From Chiloscyllium plagiosum (Eukaryota): DNA of 64,000 nucleotides. Where the stretch lies: contig NC_057715.1 in NCBI RefSeq assembly GCF_004010195.1, forward strand, positions 55,810,955 through 55,874,954, given 5' to 3'. The notes under the pieces were generated by a model that saw only the letters and a program-made list of their open reading frames with translations, searched no databases and was not told where the DNA came from. Shown one piece after another: positions 1 through 14,364 of this stretch (positions within the stretch are counted from its first letter, which is position 1; each line of letters starts with the position of its first letter). Position numbers and translations under genes: made by a program.

Positions 1-1280
1 AGATGGGAAATCATGCTTGACTAATCTTCTTGAATTTTTTGAGGATGTAACTCTGAAGATGGACGTGGGAGATCCAGTAGATGTAGTGTACCTGGACTTT
101 CAGAAAGCTTTTGATAAAGTTCCACATAGGAGGTTAGTGAGCAAAATTAGGGCGCATGGTATTGGGGGCAAAGTACTAACTTGGATTGAAAGTTGGTTGA
201 CTGACAGGAAACCAAGAGTAGTGATAAACGGCTCCATTTCAGAATGGCAGGCAGTGACCAGTGGGGTACCGCAGGGATCAGTGCTGGGACCGCAGCTTTT
301 TACAATATATATTAATGATATAGAAGATGGTATTAGTTATAACATTAGCAAATTTGCTGATAATACTAAGCTGGGTGGCAGGGTGAAATGTGAGGAGGAT
401 ATTAGGAGATTACAGGGTGACCTGGACAGGTTAGGCGTGTGGTCAGATGCATGGCAGATGCAGTTTAATGTGGATAAATGTATGGTTATTCACTTTGGTG
501 GCAAGAACAGGAAGGCAGATTACTACCTAAATGGAATCAAGTTAGGTAAACGGGCAGTACAAAAAGATCTGGGTGTTTTTGTACACCAGTCAATGAAGAT
601 AAGCATGCAGGTACAGCAGGTAGTGAAGGCGGCTAATAGCATGCTGGCCTTCATAACAAGAGGGATTGAGTATAGAAGCAAAGAGGTTCTTCTGCAGCTG
701 TACAGGGCCCTGGTGAGCCGCACCTGGAGTATTGTGTGCAGTTCTGGTCTCCAAATTTGAGGAAAGACATTCTGGCTATTAAGGGAGTGCAGCGTAGGTT
801 CACGAGGTCAATTCCTGGAATGGCGGGACTACTTTACGCTAAAAGACTGGAGCAATTGGGCTTGTACACCCTTGAGTTTAGAAGACTGATGGGGGATCTG
901 ATTGAGACATATAAGATTATTAAAGGATTGGACACTCTGGAGGCAGGAAACATGTTTCCGCTGATGGGTGAGTGCCGAACCAGCAGACACAGCTTAAAAA
1001 TACAGGGCAGACCATTTAGGACAGCGATGAGGAGAAACTTCTTCACCCAGAGAGTGGTGGCTGTGTGGAATGCTCTTCCCCAGAGGGCAGTGGAGGCCCA
1101 TTTAAAATTCATTTAAGAAAGAGTTGGATAGAGCTCTCAAGGATAGTGGATTCAAGGGTTATGGAAATAAGGCAGGAACAGGATACCGATTAAGGATGAT
1201 CAGCCATGATCATATTGAATGGTGGTGCAGGCTCGAAGGGCAGAATGGCCTACTCCTGCACCTATTGTCTATTATCTATA
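1..1280 (+). mobile_element. CR1-clade LINE, RT region to 3' tail (truncated by window start)
   Basis: ORF 17..760 has RT motifs [24 protein letters not shown] and KFADNTKL. The C-terminal part continues after a frameshift in 736..1116. Short tandem tail near 1262-1280. Confidence 0.95.
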
Positions 1281-2094
1281 TGACTTTTCTGGTGTATACA
1301 CAGATCAATATCCCCCATGATTTTGTATTTATTATTCAGGCGCTTGTACACTACTTCCAACTAGTGAATTCTTGCCTTTATCTCTACCCCAACCGTTTCT
1401 ACATCCTGGTTTCCTCAAGTTGAGCTATCCCTCTTTATTGTGCTGGTACCATGATTAATTAATAGGTCCACCCCTCCTCTTTTTCCTAGCTTCCTGTCCA
1501 TGCTAATCTTTCAATATTCAAGTTCCAATCTACATTATCCTGCAGCCATGTCTTTGTAATAGCTATATCATACATACGTCATTTTATTCTCGCCTTCAGC
1601 TCATGTTTTATTCTGAATGCTGTGTATTCAGTTACAGAACCTTTCACTTTGTTGTTTTATGACTTTTCTAATCTCTGCCCTTAGCTGTCGTTTTACTCTT
1701 CTATTCTTATTCCCCTGCCTTTCCTGTCAGTGTTTATCAATCATTGTCCCTGTACTAAATCTTTCTTTTAAAATATTTATGAAATCTTTAGAGCTGTTCT
1801 TGCTATTCAAGTCTTTTTTTTAATTTTTGCAGTTCCTATCATTTTGTTTTAAATCCCTTTATTGCTCTTTATACCTCTTGCTGTGCATAAGGCATCTCCT
1901 GCTGTTTAACTTTTAAAAAGTCTTTTGTTTGAATATTATTCCATTTGTCATTTGCCTTTTTTGACCAAGATTGTTTAATCATACAAGCTGAACTCTTGAA
2001 GTTCTTGAACTGTATATGCAGTGCTGATATTTTACCAGTTCATTTGTGGATACTTTTCACTGCTTATCAAAGTTTTATTCATCAACACTTATAT

Positions 2095-2250
2095 AGAATA
2101 CTATATAGAATCCCTATAGTGTGGAAACAGGCCCTTCAGCCCAACAAGTCCATACCGACCCTCTGAAGAGTTACCCAACCCAACCCATTCCCCTACCCTA
2201 CATTTACCCCTTCCTAATGCACTTAATGCACACAACTCTGAACACTATTG
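2095..2250 (-). mobile_element. 3' fragment of HE1-like SINE
   Basis: Reverse complement resembles the 3' part of the SINE at 55347-55667 (gggcctgtttccacactatagggattcta). Confidence 0.7.
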
Positions 2251-4850
2251 TTGACACAATAATGGTTCTGAAAGCACTAACTTTGAAAACCGCATTAAAA
2301 TCTAATCAATGTGATGATGTCATGCAGTCTTGGATAGGGAAAAGTGTCATCTGGCTTAAGATCCCAATATAGACATGTTATTAGTGTCTGCTGATTGGCT
2401 AGTTAAGCATAATAACCAAGATTAAATAATTCATACCTGTTGTTATAATGCAATAAACCACTTCATTAAAGCAACTGACTCTTCCCATTAAGACTCACCA
2501 GCAATTCATCCTCGACCACCGTTGACCATATAAATTCAGTCTAAAAGCCAGGATCAGCAGCAGCACCCTACCCTAGCGATTAACTGACAGTGGTTGCTTT
2601 GACCACATACAGAACAATTCAGTCCACCTATCTTATTGAACCAAGGTTAGCCTTACCTAAAACTATTAGCTTTTGTTCATGAAGCATCTCTTTGCTCCTT
2701 TGAGAACAAGTGAAGGTCAACATATTACTGTCGGTAACTAGTTGAGATTTTTTGACTAATGCAGATTCATTTACTCACCACTAAATATCAAATATTTATC
2801 ACCTTTGATATAAAAACATGTGTAAATAAATGCCAATATCAACCAAAATTTCCCAATTAAATACAAGAATTTTTCCTTACTTCTCCACATAACCAAATTT
2901 CAAATGATACTTTTAATGACAGTTCCTCCTATTCTAAAAAAAAACTTTTTTTCTTATTGTAGACAAATGGCAATTGGGTTTAACCTGGAGGTAGAAGGCA
3001 GGCTAAGACAGTAAAACTGGATAACCCTCATTAAATGCCTATTTGCACATAAAGAAAGCTTTGCCCAATCAACACCATTTGCCACAAAAAATATTATTGC
3101 TCATTGCATTCGCAACTTATTATTGTGCAAATTTAGAGAAGTTTTTCACTCTTCTTCATCCCTTTTTAATAAGAAGGAATCATTATACACTCATTGTATT
3201 AAATGCATTCTCACAAAAAGAATAAGACGGGTTTTCAAATTTATGTCTCATTGACATAAGACATAAAAGAATAAAAATTCAACTCCAATTAATAAAATCA
3301 TAATAATTAAGACAATTAAGGCCATTAATTTCACCTATGGCTTGAAAATATTTGACTTCTCACTTAGAAGTCCAATTTCAATAAATGCTCAACTTTAAGC
3401 TAACAATTGTCGGTTTCATTTTAATTCATACAGCTTCAATGAAAAAGCATTTCGACGAGTTGTTTGAAACCTGAAGGCAATGGTTCATGCCATTGCATAG
3501 ACGCTGGCTATCCTACAAACTTGTCTTTTGTGAGTCATAAAAGCTCAGGAATAGGCTAATCAGATCATCATGCGTGCACTGGCTGAAAAAGAAAAAGAAA
3601 AGTAACAATTCATTCTAATCCTACATGGAGGTGGCAATGTGAGCCAGGGACCCCCAAAGACCAGCAAGGTCCACCCAGACAGCAGGGAAACGGAGTCTGG
3701 TGGCTCTGTAATCTCTGTAATGTTAAGACATGCAATGTATATATAAATGAACGACGTGACCAATTGTACAGGTACCAAAGATTTATTTCTATGAATAAAG
3801 TATATTTTGAAATAAAAAAAGGTTTTGGTAGATTCTTCAGCTGTGCAATGACAAAACCCACCCATCTGCCACAAAATATATACTTCCCAGCAGGGGTAAT
3901 TGGTAAAAAGAGCCCTGGTATGTTTTTTCTTTTCTCAACCAGGAGCACCAAGGGTAATCATAATATTCCCCACAACAACTCTACTATGGCTGAAGCTAGT
4001 TAACTCGGCATAGATGAAGGATTGTTATTGACTTGTGACCCTGTGCTGTTTATTTGATGTGGAGTTATATTAACTTTCTGCAAATTGCTGGGTCACCTGT
4101 GACAAAGAATCATGCTACACTGCTCAGATGTACTCAAAATTCTCCCAAAGTAAGTCAGCTACGTTAATCAAGTGATTTTTCCTGGGTAAGAAGGAAGGAA
4201 GAAAGGAAGAAAGAAAAACACCTTTTCTCTGTCAGCATTTGAGCACAGTATTTGAACATCAACAGCCAAATGGTACTGAGGTCAATGTTAATTATGAACA
4301 ACCTGAAAATATTTAATTCCTATTTAATATTCATTCTAATATTATCAAAGTGGCTGGATAAGAAGTAATTTTCTTTTATTCTGTGGTATTTAACACATTC
4401 AATGCAGAAAAGGAGGCGCAGATTATGAACAGTACAATCAAGATCACCATGTTCAATAACGCAAAGCCAAACATCAACAAGTATCTAGGAAATAAGTGGA
4501 TAAAAATTACATTTTGCAATCTTACAAAAATAGTATCAACCAAAGTGTAAGCAACAAAAAGCATCGACGGAAACAGAACAATTTCCAAAAATAAAAATGT
4601 CACTTACCAAGTTCGCCATATAAATTGTTAACAGCCCTCGCCTGTAAACCAAAGAGACATTTAATTATGTACTGGATATTTAGTAAATATGGCTACATTA
4701 CATTGGCTGAATGCATTTCTAGATAAAGGTGGTAAGAGTTTTTCAAATATTATAATATAAAAGCCTTTTTTGGGATGATATTGCAACATAAAATGGCCAG
4801 AAGCTGAATCGCAAAAATTGGCAAGTTTTTAATCTGAATGACATTTTTGT

Positions 4851-5120
4851 TAAAAATCACAACACCAAGTTATAGTCCAACAGGTTTAATTGGAAGCACA
4901 CTAGCTTTCGGAGCGACGCTCCTTCATCAGGTGATAGTAGAGGGCTCAATCCTAACATAGAATTTATAGCAAAAATTTGCAGTGTGACTCCTCTAACACC
5001 TGATGAAGGAGCGTCACTCTGAAAGCTAGTGTGTTTCCAATTAAACCTGTTGTACTATAACCTGGTGTTGTGTGATGTTTAACTTTGTACACCCCAGTCC
5101 AACATCGGCATCTCCAAATC
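4851..5120. mobile_element. Short Penelope-derived element with inverted arms, two hammerhead cores and a 13-bp TSD
   Basis: Arms ~4851-4933 and ~4997-5082 are inverted copies. Flanked by ATGACATTTTTGT at 4838-4850 and 5121-5133. Confidence 0.8.
4901..4931 (-). ncRNA. Minimal hammerhead ribozyme core (Penelope type)
   Basis: Minus strand reads CTGATGA-A-GGAGC-GTC-GCTCC-GAAAG-CTAG, with conserved boxes and a perfect stem II. Confidence 0.7.
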
Positions 5121-5519
5121 ATGACATTTTTGTGAAATTTATAAATTCATCAAAATCTAGTCCCAGTAGCGCTGATCGTGAAATTCTCATCAATTGTTGT
5201 TAAAAGTCACCTGGTTAACCTATATCAGTTAGAGAAGGAAATCAGATCCACAGCAATGTCAATGATTCTCAGGTACCCTCTAAGGGATACAAGAAACCAC
5301 TCCGTTCAAGAGCAATTAGGGATTGGCAACAATTGCTGGCCTTGTCAGTGAAGTCGACACCCCATGAAAGGTGGAGAGGTGCTCAGTGGATCAGGGGCTT
5401 TCCAACCAGAAAATCAAAATCAAAGCCATCAGTCACCAAGGTTGCTCTGGCAGATTTTGTACAACAGTATAAGAGACTCCTCAAAACCATAAGCTATACT
5501 TTGAGGAGCTGGGATACAG

Positions 5520-7150
5520 GCTTGACTATATCAAGATTGATGAAGTTAATGTGCTGGAAATTTTGGCAAACATTAAGATTCCTAAGTCCCCAGGGCCAGA
5601 CCAGATTTATCATAGGCTGCTCCAGGAAGCAAGAAAGAAGGTTGCTAAGCCGCTGGCGAACATCTTTGCCTCCTCACTCTCCACGGGAAGCGTACCGAAG
5701 GATTGGAAGAATGCAAATGTTGTTCCTCTTTTCAAGAAGGGTAATTGGGAAATCCCTGGCAATTACAGACCAGTCAGTCTTACGTCTGCGGTCAGTAATA
5801 TTTTGGAAAGAATTCTGAGGGAAAGGATCTATGACTATTTGGCAAAGCCATGCTGCCTGATTAAAGGCAGTCAGCATGGCTTTGAGAGGGGCAGGTCATG
5901 CCTCACAAATCTTATTGAGTTCTTTGAGGAGGTGACAAGACAGGTCGACGAAGGTCAAGCAGTGGATGTGGTGTATATGGACTACAGCAAGGCATTTGAT
6001 AAGGTTCCCAATGGTAGGTTCATCCATAAAGTCAGGAAGTATGGGTTACAGGGAGATTTGGCTGTCTGTATTTAGAATTGGTTGGCTGACAGAAGGCAGA
6101 GAGTGGTTGTAGATAGAAAATATTATACCTGGAGGTCAGTGTTGAGTGGGGTCCCGCAGGGCTCTGTTCTTGGGCCTCCGTTCTTTGTAGTTTTTATAAA
6201 TGACTTGAATGAGAGGGTTGAGGGGTAGGTTAGTAAATTTGCAGATGACACAAAAAGGTTGGAGGTGCCGTTGATAGTATCAAAGGCGATTGCAGGCTGC
6301 AACGCGACATAGACAGGATGCAGAGCTGGGATGAGAAATGGCAAATGGAGTTCAGCCTGGACAAATGCGAAGTGATGCATTTTAGAAGGTCGAACTTGAA
6401 TGCTGACTATAGGATTAAAGACTGGATTCTTGGAAGTGTGGAGCAGAGGGATCTTGGTGTTCAAGTACATAGATCCCTCAAAGTTGCCACCTAAGTGGAT
6501 AGGGTTGTTAAGCAAACATATGGTATTTTAGCTTTCATTAACAGGGGGATTAAGTTTTAGAGCCGCGAGGTTTTGCTACAGCTCTACAAGTCCCTAGTGA
6601 GACGACACTTGGAATATTGTGTCCAGTACTGGTCTCCCTACTATAGGAAAAATACAGAGGCTTTGGAGAGGGTGCAAAGAAGGTTTACCAGGATGCTGCT
6701 TGGACTGGAGGACTTGCCTTATGAAAGAGGTTGACTAAGCTCGGACCTTTCTCTCTGGAGAGGAGGAGGAAGAGAGGTGACCTGATCGAGGTATACAAGG
6801 TAATGAGAAGAATGGATAGAGTCAATAGCCAGAGACTTTTCCCCAGGGCAGGACTGACTGGCACGAGGGGTCATAGTTTGAAGATATCAGGAGAAAAGTA
6901 TACAGGGGACGTCAGAGGAAGGTTCTTTACGCAGACAGTTGTGAATGCATGGAATGCGTTGCCAGTGATGGTGGTGGAAGCAGAGTCATTAGGGACATTT
7001 AAGCGACTGCTGGACATGTGCATGGATAGCAGTGAATTGAGGAGTAGGTAGGTTAAGTTATTTTATTTTACATTAGGTTTAATCCTCGGCACAACATCAT
7101 GGGCCAAAGGGCGTGTTGTGTGCTGTACTTTTCTACGTTCTATGTTCTAT
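5520..7150 (+). mobile_element. CR1-clade LINE, 5'-truncated and decayed
   Basis: ORF 5551..6075 (KSPGPDQI, NYRPVSLTS, QHGF, DYSKAFDKVP) and ORF 6731..7051 (C-terminus). TTCTATG-type tail near 7130-7150. Confidence 0.92.
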
Positions 7151-7605
7151 AGGAGCAGAATTAGGCCATTTAGTCCATCAAGATAGCTCCACCATTCTCA
7201 ACGACATTGTTTGGGTTGAGATAGGTTTCTCAATCCCATTCTCCTTTCTTCTCCCCTTAATCTGTGAAGCCCTTACTAATCAAGAACCTATCTACAGGTA
7301 TTTCTATCTTCAATACACTCAATGAATTAGACTCAAAAGCCTTCTGTGACAATGAGTTTCACAGATTCACCACTTCTGAAGAAATTCCTCCACATCCTAG
7401 GTCTAAAGGGTCATCCCTTCACAGAGGCTGTGCCCTTGGACCCTAGTCTCTCCTACTAATGGAAACATCTTCTCCAAATCAGCTCCATTCTCTCAGTACT
7501 TCTCTAAGTTTAAATGAGCCTTGTGCACTCTCAGCAGTACATTTCCGCTCTGTATTCCAGCCCTCTTACAATGCTAATGTTGCATTTGCCTACCTGTCAA
7601 CTGAA
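7150..7605 (-). mobile_element. CR1 LINE 3' fragment
   Basis: Similar to the minus-strand CR1 3' region at 16835-17200. Confidence 0.65.
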
Positions 7606-7613
7606 ACTGCATG

Positions 7614-8400
7614 GAGAAAGTGAGGACTGCAGATGCTGGATATCAGAGTCAAAAAGTGTAGTACTGGAAAAGCACAGCCAATCAGACAGCAGCCCAGGAG
7701 CAGGGGAGACGGCTTTTTGAGCATAAGCTCTTCACCAGGAATGTGGGGGTGGCCCAAGGGGGCTGAGAGATAAATGGGAGGGGTGTGGGGCTACGGGGGA
7801 GGTAGCTAGGAATGCAATAGGTGGATAAAGGTGGGGAGTCATGGTGATAGGTTGGAGTGAAGGGTGGAATGGATAGATGGGAAGGAAGATGAACAGGTAG
7901 GACAGTGCCAAGTTGGAGGGTTGGATATGGGATGAGGTGGGGTATGGGAAGATGAAGAAACTCATGAAATTGACATTGATCCTGTGTGGTTGGAGAGTCT
8001 CAAGGTGGAAGATGAGGTGTTCTTCCTCCAGGTGTCAGGTGACTAGGATTTGGCAGTGGAGGTGGCCCAGGACTTGCATATCCTTGGCCTAGTGGGAGGG
8101 GGAGTTGAATTGCTCAGCCACAGAGCAGTGGGGTTGATAAATGCATATGTCCCGGAGATATTCTGTGAAACGTTTCGTAAGTTGGCGCCCCGTCTCCCCA
8201 ATGTACAGGAGACCAGATCGAGAGCAATGGACACAGCAGATAAGGTGTTTGGAGGTACAGGAAAATCTCTGCCGGATGTGGAAGGATCCTTTGGAGCCTT
8301 GGATGGAGGTGAAGGGAGAAGGTGGCTGTGGCAAGAGAAGGTGCCAAGAGTGGAGCGTGGGTTGGTTTTCTTGGGGGTGCGCGGGTTAAACTTTATAGAA
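7614..8400 (-). mobile_element. Penelope-like element 3' fragment with GIY-YIG endonuclease remnant
   Basis: ORF 8089..8334 reads LICCVHCSRSGLLYIGETGRQLTKRFTEY. Homologous to 24060-24760. Confidence 0.85.
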
Positions 8401-8945
8401 TCCTGAATTAATACTCCCAAGTACCTTTGTGCTTCAGATTTTCAAAGCCTTCCCCCATTTAAAAAAAATGTCTTACACCTCTCGCCAACAAAGTGTAAAA
8501 CCTCACATCTTCCCACACTGGATTCCATCTGCTACTTCTTTGCCCACTCTCCCCTCCCTGTCCAAGTCATTCTACAGCTTCATTACTTCCTCAACACCAA
8601 TTGTCCCTCCGCCTACCTTTGTGGCATCTGCAAATTTAGCAACATTGCCCATGTTCCTTCAGCCAGATCATGAATGTATAATGTGAACAGTTATGGTCCC
8701 AATGCTGACACATTCAGAACTGAACTAGTCACTTGCTACCATCCTGAAAAGGACCCCTTTATGCTCACTCTGTCTTCTGCCAATCCTCTATTCATGCCTG
8801 TATCTTGCCCCTAACATCATGGGCTCTTATCTTATTTAGCAGTTTCCTGGATGGCACTTTGTTAAAGACCTTCTGGAAATCCAAATACAGCATGTCCACG
8901 GGTTCTCCTTTGTCTAACTTACTCGTTATCTCCTTAAAGAATTCA
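8400..8945 (-). mobile_element. CR1 LINE RT fragment
   Basis: Reverse complement matches the RT nucleotide sequence at 60500-61020. Confidence 0.8.
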
Positions 8946-10404
8946 ATGGCTCAAGGATGAGAGAATATATCACAATCTGGAAGAAGAAAAATGAAAAAAT
9001 AAAATCTTAAGAAAATAACTAATTTTAACCGTGCCCATAAACTTGCCTCATAAGACTGCAAGCCAGTCATTGTAAATCGTGCTCCAGTTGCAACTTGCAA
9101 GATGTGATAACTATAATATTTGACTTTCTATTCCATTCGGGATAAGTTCAAACTTCCACTGATCACCTCTGCTCTCAATCACTTTAGTGGTTTTCAAACA
9201 CCATCCACTACTCACCTAAGTACAGAAACAGCATTATGCCTTTTCCAAGTTTGACAAACAGATCCAGCAGCATAATTTGAACCAAAAGTACAAAAGGTAG
9301 CTACAACATTCCAAGAGCGTAAGTCTATGTATATACGATGTATATCAAAGCCAATATCAAATGTCACTCATTACCAGATGCGTTAGTCAAGAAACATCAC
9401 AGCATGGTTTCTGTTTTCCACTATCTATTTTAATTTACCGTGAAGGCTAAAACTAATATCATATTTCAGGCTGTTAAATAGATTAAATTTTGATATTCAT
9501 GATTTGGGAGTGCAGTTTTTCCATCAGTCATTCCCTTTAAAATTTGTCCTTTTCTTTAACAACTTCCAGCAGACCAAGCTATCTGCCCAGAATTCCCTGA
9601 TGATCTTGGACACGCACCAACTTCTGCATAGTATTCTCAGTGCTTCTGTGACAAGATTTAGGCTGTGAGGCTTAGGATGGATACTTCACAACAGCAGTGA
9701 TCAGGATGACTATTCAGGTTTGAACATAACATAACCTAGTTGTCCAGCAATTGTAATTAAAGTCACCATAGGCCTAGAGGACAATAGGGCTGACTTTAAT
9801 CGGAGAGTCTCCACACCACAAGGGGTGATGTTGAAAAGGTACTGAAACCTCACCCAGTGGAGGACTTCTACCTGCACTATTGGCTTCACTTTGCATCACA
9901 AATCACTTGTCCAGCCAACTGAACTAACAAATATTCTATCAGCAATCATAGACAAAAAAAAGACTAGAGGGCATTGCAAGATGACAGATCGAACCAGCCT
10001 CATTTATAGTCACATGGGAATATAGAATGTATGCATATGCAGATCCTAATCAATCCTGGAGAAACATTGTTTGTGGTGGCATTGGTTGCTACTACATACT
10101 TCTCACCACTTCTCATTTCTAAAATTATAGCAAGAAAATTCAAACTATTCATCATTTTTATTAGCAACAAATAACATGATCATGAGCCAGATATCCAAGT
10201 TAGTGACCAACACAATAACTGGAGTCATTGAAAGCAATGAGGATGACCAATGAGATATTTGTTTATAATTAAATAAGTAATTTGAACAAGTGCAGTGTAG
10301 ATTTAAATTTGTAGTGAGAATTGTTTCTGAACTGCAATGGTTTAAATATAATTACACAAAACTATGGTGTAGTCACAGGAACGTAGAAGGTTAAGGGGTG
10401 ATTT

Positions 10405-11850
10405 AGAATCATAGAGTCATCCAGATATACAGCACAGAAACAGACCCTTTGGTCTAACCAGTCCATGCCAACCAAACATCCTCAACTAATCTAGTCCCAT
10501 TTGCCAGCACTTGGCTCATATCACTCTAAACCCTTCCTATTCAAATCCCCACACAGATGCTTTTAAAATGTTGTAATTGTACCAGCCTCCACCACTTCCC
10601 TGGCAGCCTATTCCATACACACACTACCCTCTGCATGAAAACGTTGCCCCTTAGGTCCTTTTTGAATTTTCCCCCCTCACCCTAAATCAATGCCCTCCAA
10701 TTCTGGACTCCTCAACGCAGGAAAAAGACCTTGCCTTTTTACACTATACATGCTCTTCATGATTTTATAAATCTATAAGATCGCCACCTCAGTCTCCAAA
10801 GCTCCAGGGACAGCCCCAGCCTATTCAGTATCTCCCTATAACTCAAATCCTCCAACCCTGGCAACATCCTTGTAAATCCTTTCTGCTCCCTTTCAAGTTT
10901 CACAACATCGTTCCAATAGAAAGGAACCAATGTCCCGTACACCCACAACATGACTCCCAACTCCTACACTCAATGCGCTGACCAATGAAGGAAAGCATAC
11001 CAAACACCTTCACTATCCCGTCTACCTGCTACTCTACTTTCAAAGAACTATGAACCTGTACTCCAAGGTGTCTTTGTTCAGTAACACTCCCCAGGACCTT
11101 ACATTAAGTCCTTTCCTGATTTGCTTTTCCAAAATAAAGTACCTCACATTTATCTCAAACTCCATCTGCCACTCCTCGGTTCATTGGCCCATCTGATCAA
11201 AATCCTGTTGTACTCTGAAGTAATCTTCTCCCCTATCCACGACACTTCCGATTTTGTGTCATCTGCAAATTTACTAATTACACCTCCTATGTTCACATTC
11301 AAATCATTTATGTAAATAATGAAAAGCAGTGGACTCAGCAGTGATCCTTGTGGCACAGCACTGATCACCAACCTCCAGTCTGAAAAGCAACCCTCCAACA
11401 ACACCCTCTATCTTCTACCTTCAAACCAATTCTATATCCAAATGGCTAGGTCTCCCTGTACTCCATGTGAGCTAACCTTGTTAACCAGTCCACCATGAGG
11501 ATTCTTGTCAAACACCTTACTGAAGTCCATATAGATCACGTCCACCTCTCTGCCCTCATCATCTTCATGACTTCTTCAAAACACTCAAATTAGTGGGACA
11601 TGATTTCCTATGCACAAATCTGTGTTGTCTATCCCTAATCAGTCCTTGCCTTTCCACATATATATTTCTCAGGATTCCCTCCAACAACTTGCTCACCAAT
11701 GTCAGGCTCGCCGGTCTATTCCTGGCTTTTCCTTACCATCTTTCTTAAATAGTGGCACCACATTAGCCAACCTCCAGTGTTCCGGCATCTCACTTGTGAC
11801 AATCAAAGATCCAAATATCCCAGTAAGGGGCCCAGTAATCACTTCCCTGA
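10405..11850 (-). mobile_element. CR1 LINE, decayed
   Basis: ORF 11150..11404 (VPQGSLLSPLLFIIYINDL, KFADDTK) and ORF 10757..10960. Tail near 10405. Confidence 0.9.
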
Positions 11851-14364
11851 TTGACGGCTTCAAAACATTTGGTTTGTATTTTCAAAATTTCTCCTGGAAG
11901 TGCTGGAAAGATTTGAGATTCAATAGCAACCCTATTAAACCCCATCATGAATTGCCCTAAAGAAAATAAGTGAAACAGATAGCATAACTATAAACTATTT
12001 CTCCTGTTCCTAAAGCAACTGAAATATAAAATCACCTTGGTTCCAAATCCATTACACGTTCGGACTAAATGCACATTTGCACAAACTCATGTACCTAGTC
12101 TCAAGAATGTTCCTCTTTAGAAATGTATTGCAGAATCATGGTCCAGATGTCAAAGATATTTCACCTATTCAGAATAAACTTTGAGCTGTTGATGCATTAA
12201 GGTGCAATGCATATACTATATTTAACATGACTCCTATAAATCCCCTGGGCTACTGGTGAAAGCAATTGTCAAACTATCATAATGGAGCTCTGATACAAAA
12301 TACTTCAAACACCTGCAAAATATTTTCACCTGATCAACAGATAGCTTCACTCTACACTTAATACCAAAATATGGCAAACTCAAACTTTAACCAAGTGATT
12401 TTAATTCAAATACAACTAAAGTCTGATTTATGATTCCAGTTCACACCATTTTAGCCTCAGGTCTGGTCATTTGCTGTAATATTGGGTTATATACATCCTA
12501 AAGCTTCACCATAGAATAATGCTGTATTTATCTCTAACCACATTTCAATGACAGCCTCTGTTAAAGATACATGCACAATCATGGAGTATGTTAGACTAAA
12601 TCCTATAAACAGTTAACTGTAATAGTTTGTAAATACAGAAAAAGTGACAGAATCTCAGGCCACAAGTGTGTAAGAAAAGGTAGCATGGAAAGAAATGAAT
12701 ATAGCCATGTGTTAATAACTGTAAATATGTTTATAATAAAGTTAGAGTGTTTTATAGCCAGCAGATTGAGAGTTATTGATACTTCAATGCAAAAATTCAA
12801 TAATTATGTAAATATCTCTGCAGATTTTTTAAAGTTGTGTGTTTATATTATGTGTCCCAATATTTTTAAAGTTATGTGTTTATATTAAATTCAAGATTGT
12901 CTTTTCAATTTCATTTACACAAATCCTGATTGTGTTTTGCTACTTGAATATGGGAGAGATCTTCCTTAAAGTCTTTACTAAAGTAATTACTTGCGCAGCG
13001 AACAGCAAATAAATATCTGATAGGAGCCCAGAGTAGATGACTCACCAAAGTAGCAATACCTAAAGATTAGCATAACCAAAGAAAGGTGACAGATAAGCTT
13101 TAAAAATATACCCAGCTGACAAAAAATTGTCGACAAACAAATGCCTGACCAGCCATGGATATCAACAACCCATGAATGAATTAAAAAGCCCTCAATTCAT
13201 GGCAGTGATAGATAAGAACACAAATTCAAAGAAAGAAAATGTCTAAACAAAAAAATTATGAATAAAATAAAGCAGTGCAACAGTTCAGGTATTTTAGTTT
13301 TATATTGTTTGAATGATTACATTTTTAGGTGAATTCATTACTTGGACGCTATAACAGTTTTTCAAGTTTGCAGATAGGCAAAGATAAATGTAACAATAGC
13401 ATTTCAGACTCTTTCTCTTTGAACAAATATCCAATTGTCAATGTATTATGCAATCCTAGTAAAGATATTTAAATTTGTTGGAACCAGCCATTTGCAGATG
13501 AATTTATAAACACACAGAACAGCTGCATTAAATTAAATTGGTTTTATAAGCACACACAAGCCAAACAAGAAAAAAAATCTTAATGGATCAATTAGTAAAA
13601 CGTAGCGACAATATGTAACATAAAAACTAACATTATTCACATTTAGCAAAAGCACATTTTAAAATGATCACATACATTCATGAATCCAATTGCTGTTACA
13701 CCACAAAATAGGTGGTCTGAACCCAGTACCTGTCAACAGTAAATAGAGGGCTGCACAACCAGCTGAGTTGCATTGTCTGCTGTAACTTGTACTGATTTCA
13801 GTGGCAGAAAGTCCTGCACATTCACTATTTGCACAATAAGGTGAAACACCAAGGAATTAGGAGACATCATTTATTAGTTTGTTGGAAAAAGGTCAGAGTG
13901 TTCTATTGTTATACATTTAGTCTTCTGGATCAGATATTAAGCTAAATTCTCAATTGAGAATAGAAGATTCTATGACAATATTCAAATTAGCTCCAAATTT
14001 CCAATCAATATCCCAAGAACGAATTAAGAACACTCACTTCATAGTAGTGACAGATAAGACCACAAATTGGAAGAAAGAAAATGCCTAGAAGTTTATGAAC
14101 AAAATTAAGCAGTGCAACAGTTCAGATATTTTAGTTTTATATTGGTTCTTACAATCTTTAACAACATCAGCAAAAATAGATAAGAAGAAAAAAGGAAAGA
14201 ACTTAAACAAGAAATTGGGGGGGGGGGGGAGGGGTTGCTGAAAGGGGGCTGAAAGCAATATCCTTTGCAAGTAGGATTAAGGATTACATAGTCTGATTTT
14301 ATATTAGAACTAAGAGGGTAGGTCCACCCTAGGACAGAGGGAATGTATGCATGCAACTCGAGGA

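Noticed and set aside
17-1116. Longest ORF in the window as a host gene
   Set aside because: It is CR1 reverse transcriptase with a frameshift.
4376-4603. 75-aa hydrophobic ORF as a membrane protein gene
   Set aside because: It has a non-ATG start in T-rich sequence, crosses apparent splice signals and matches no family I recognise.
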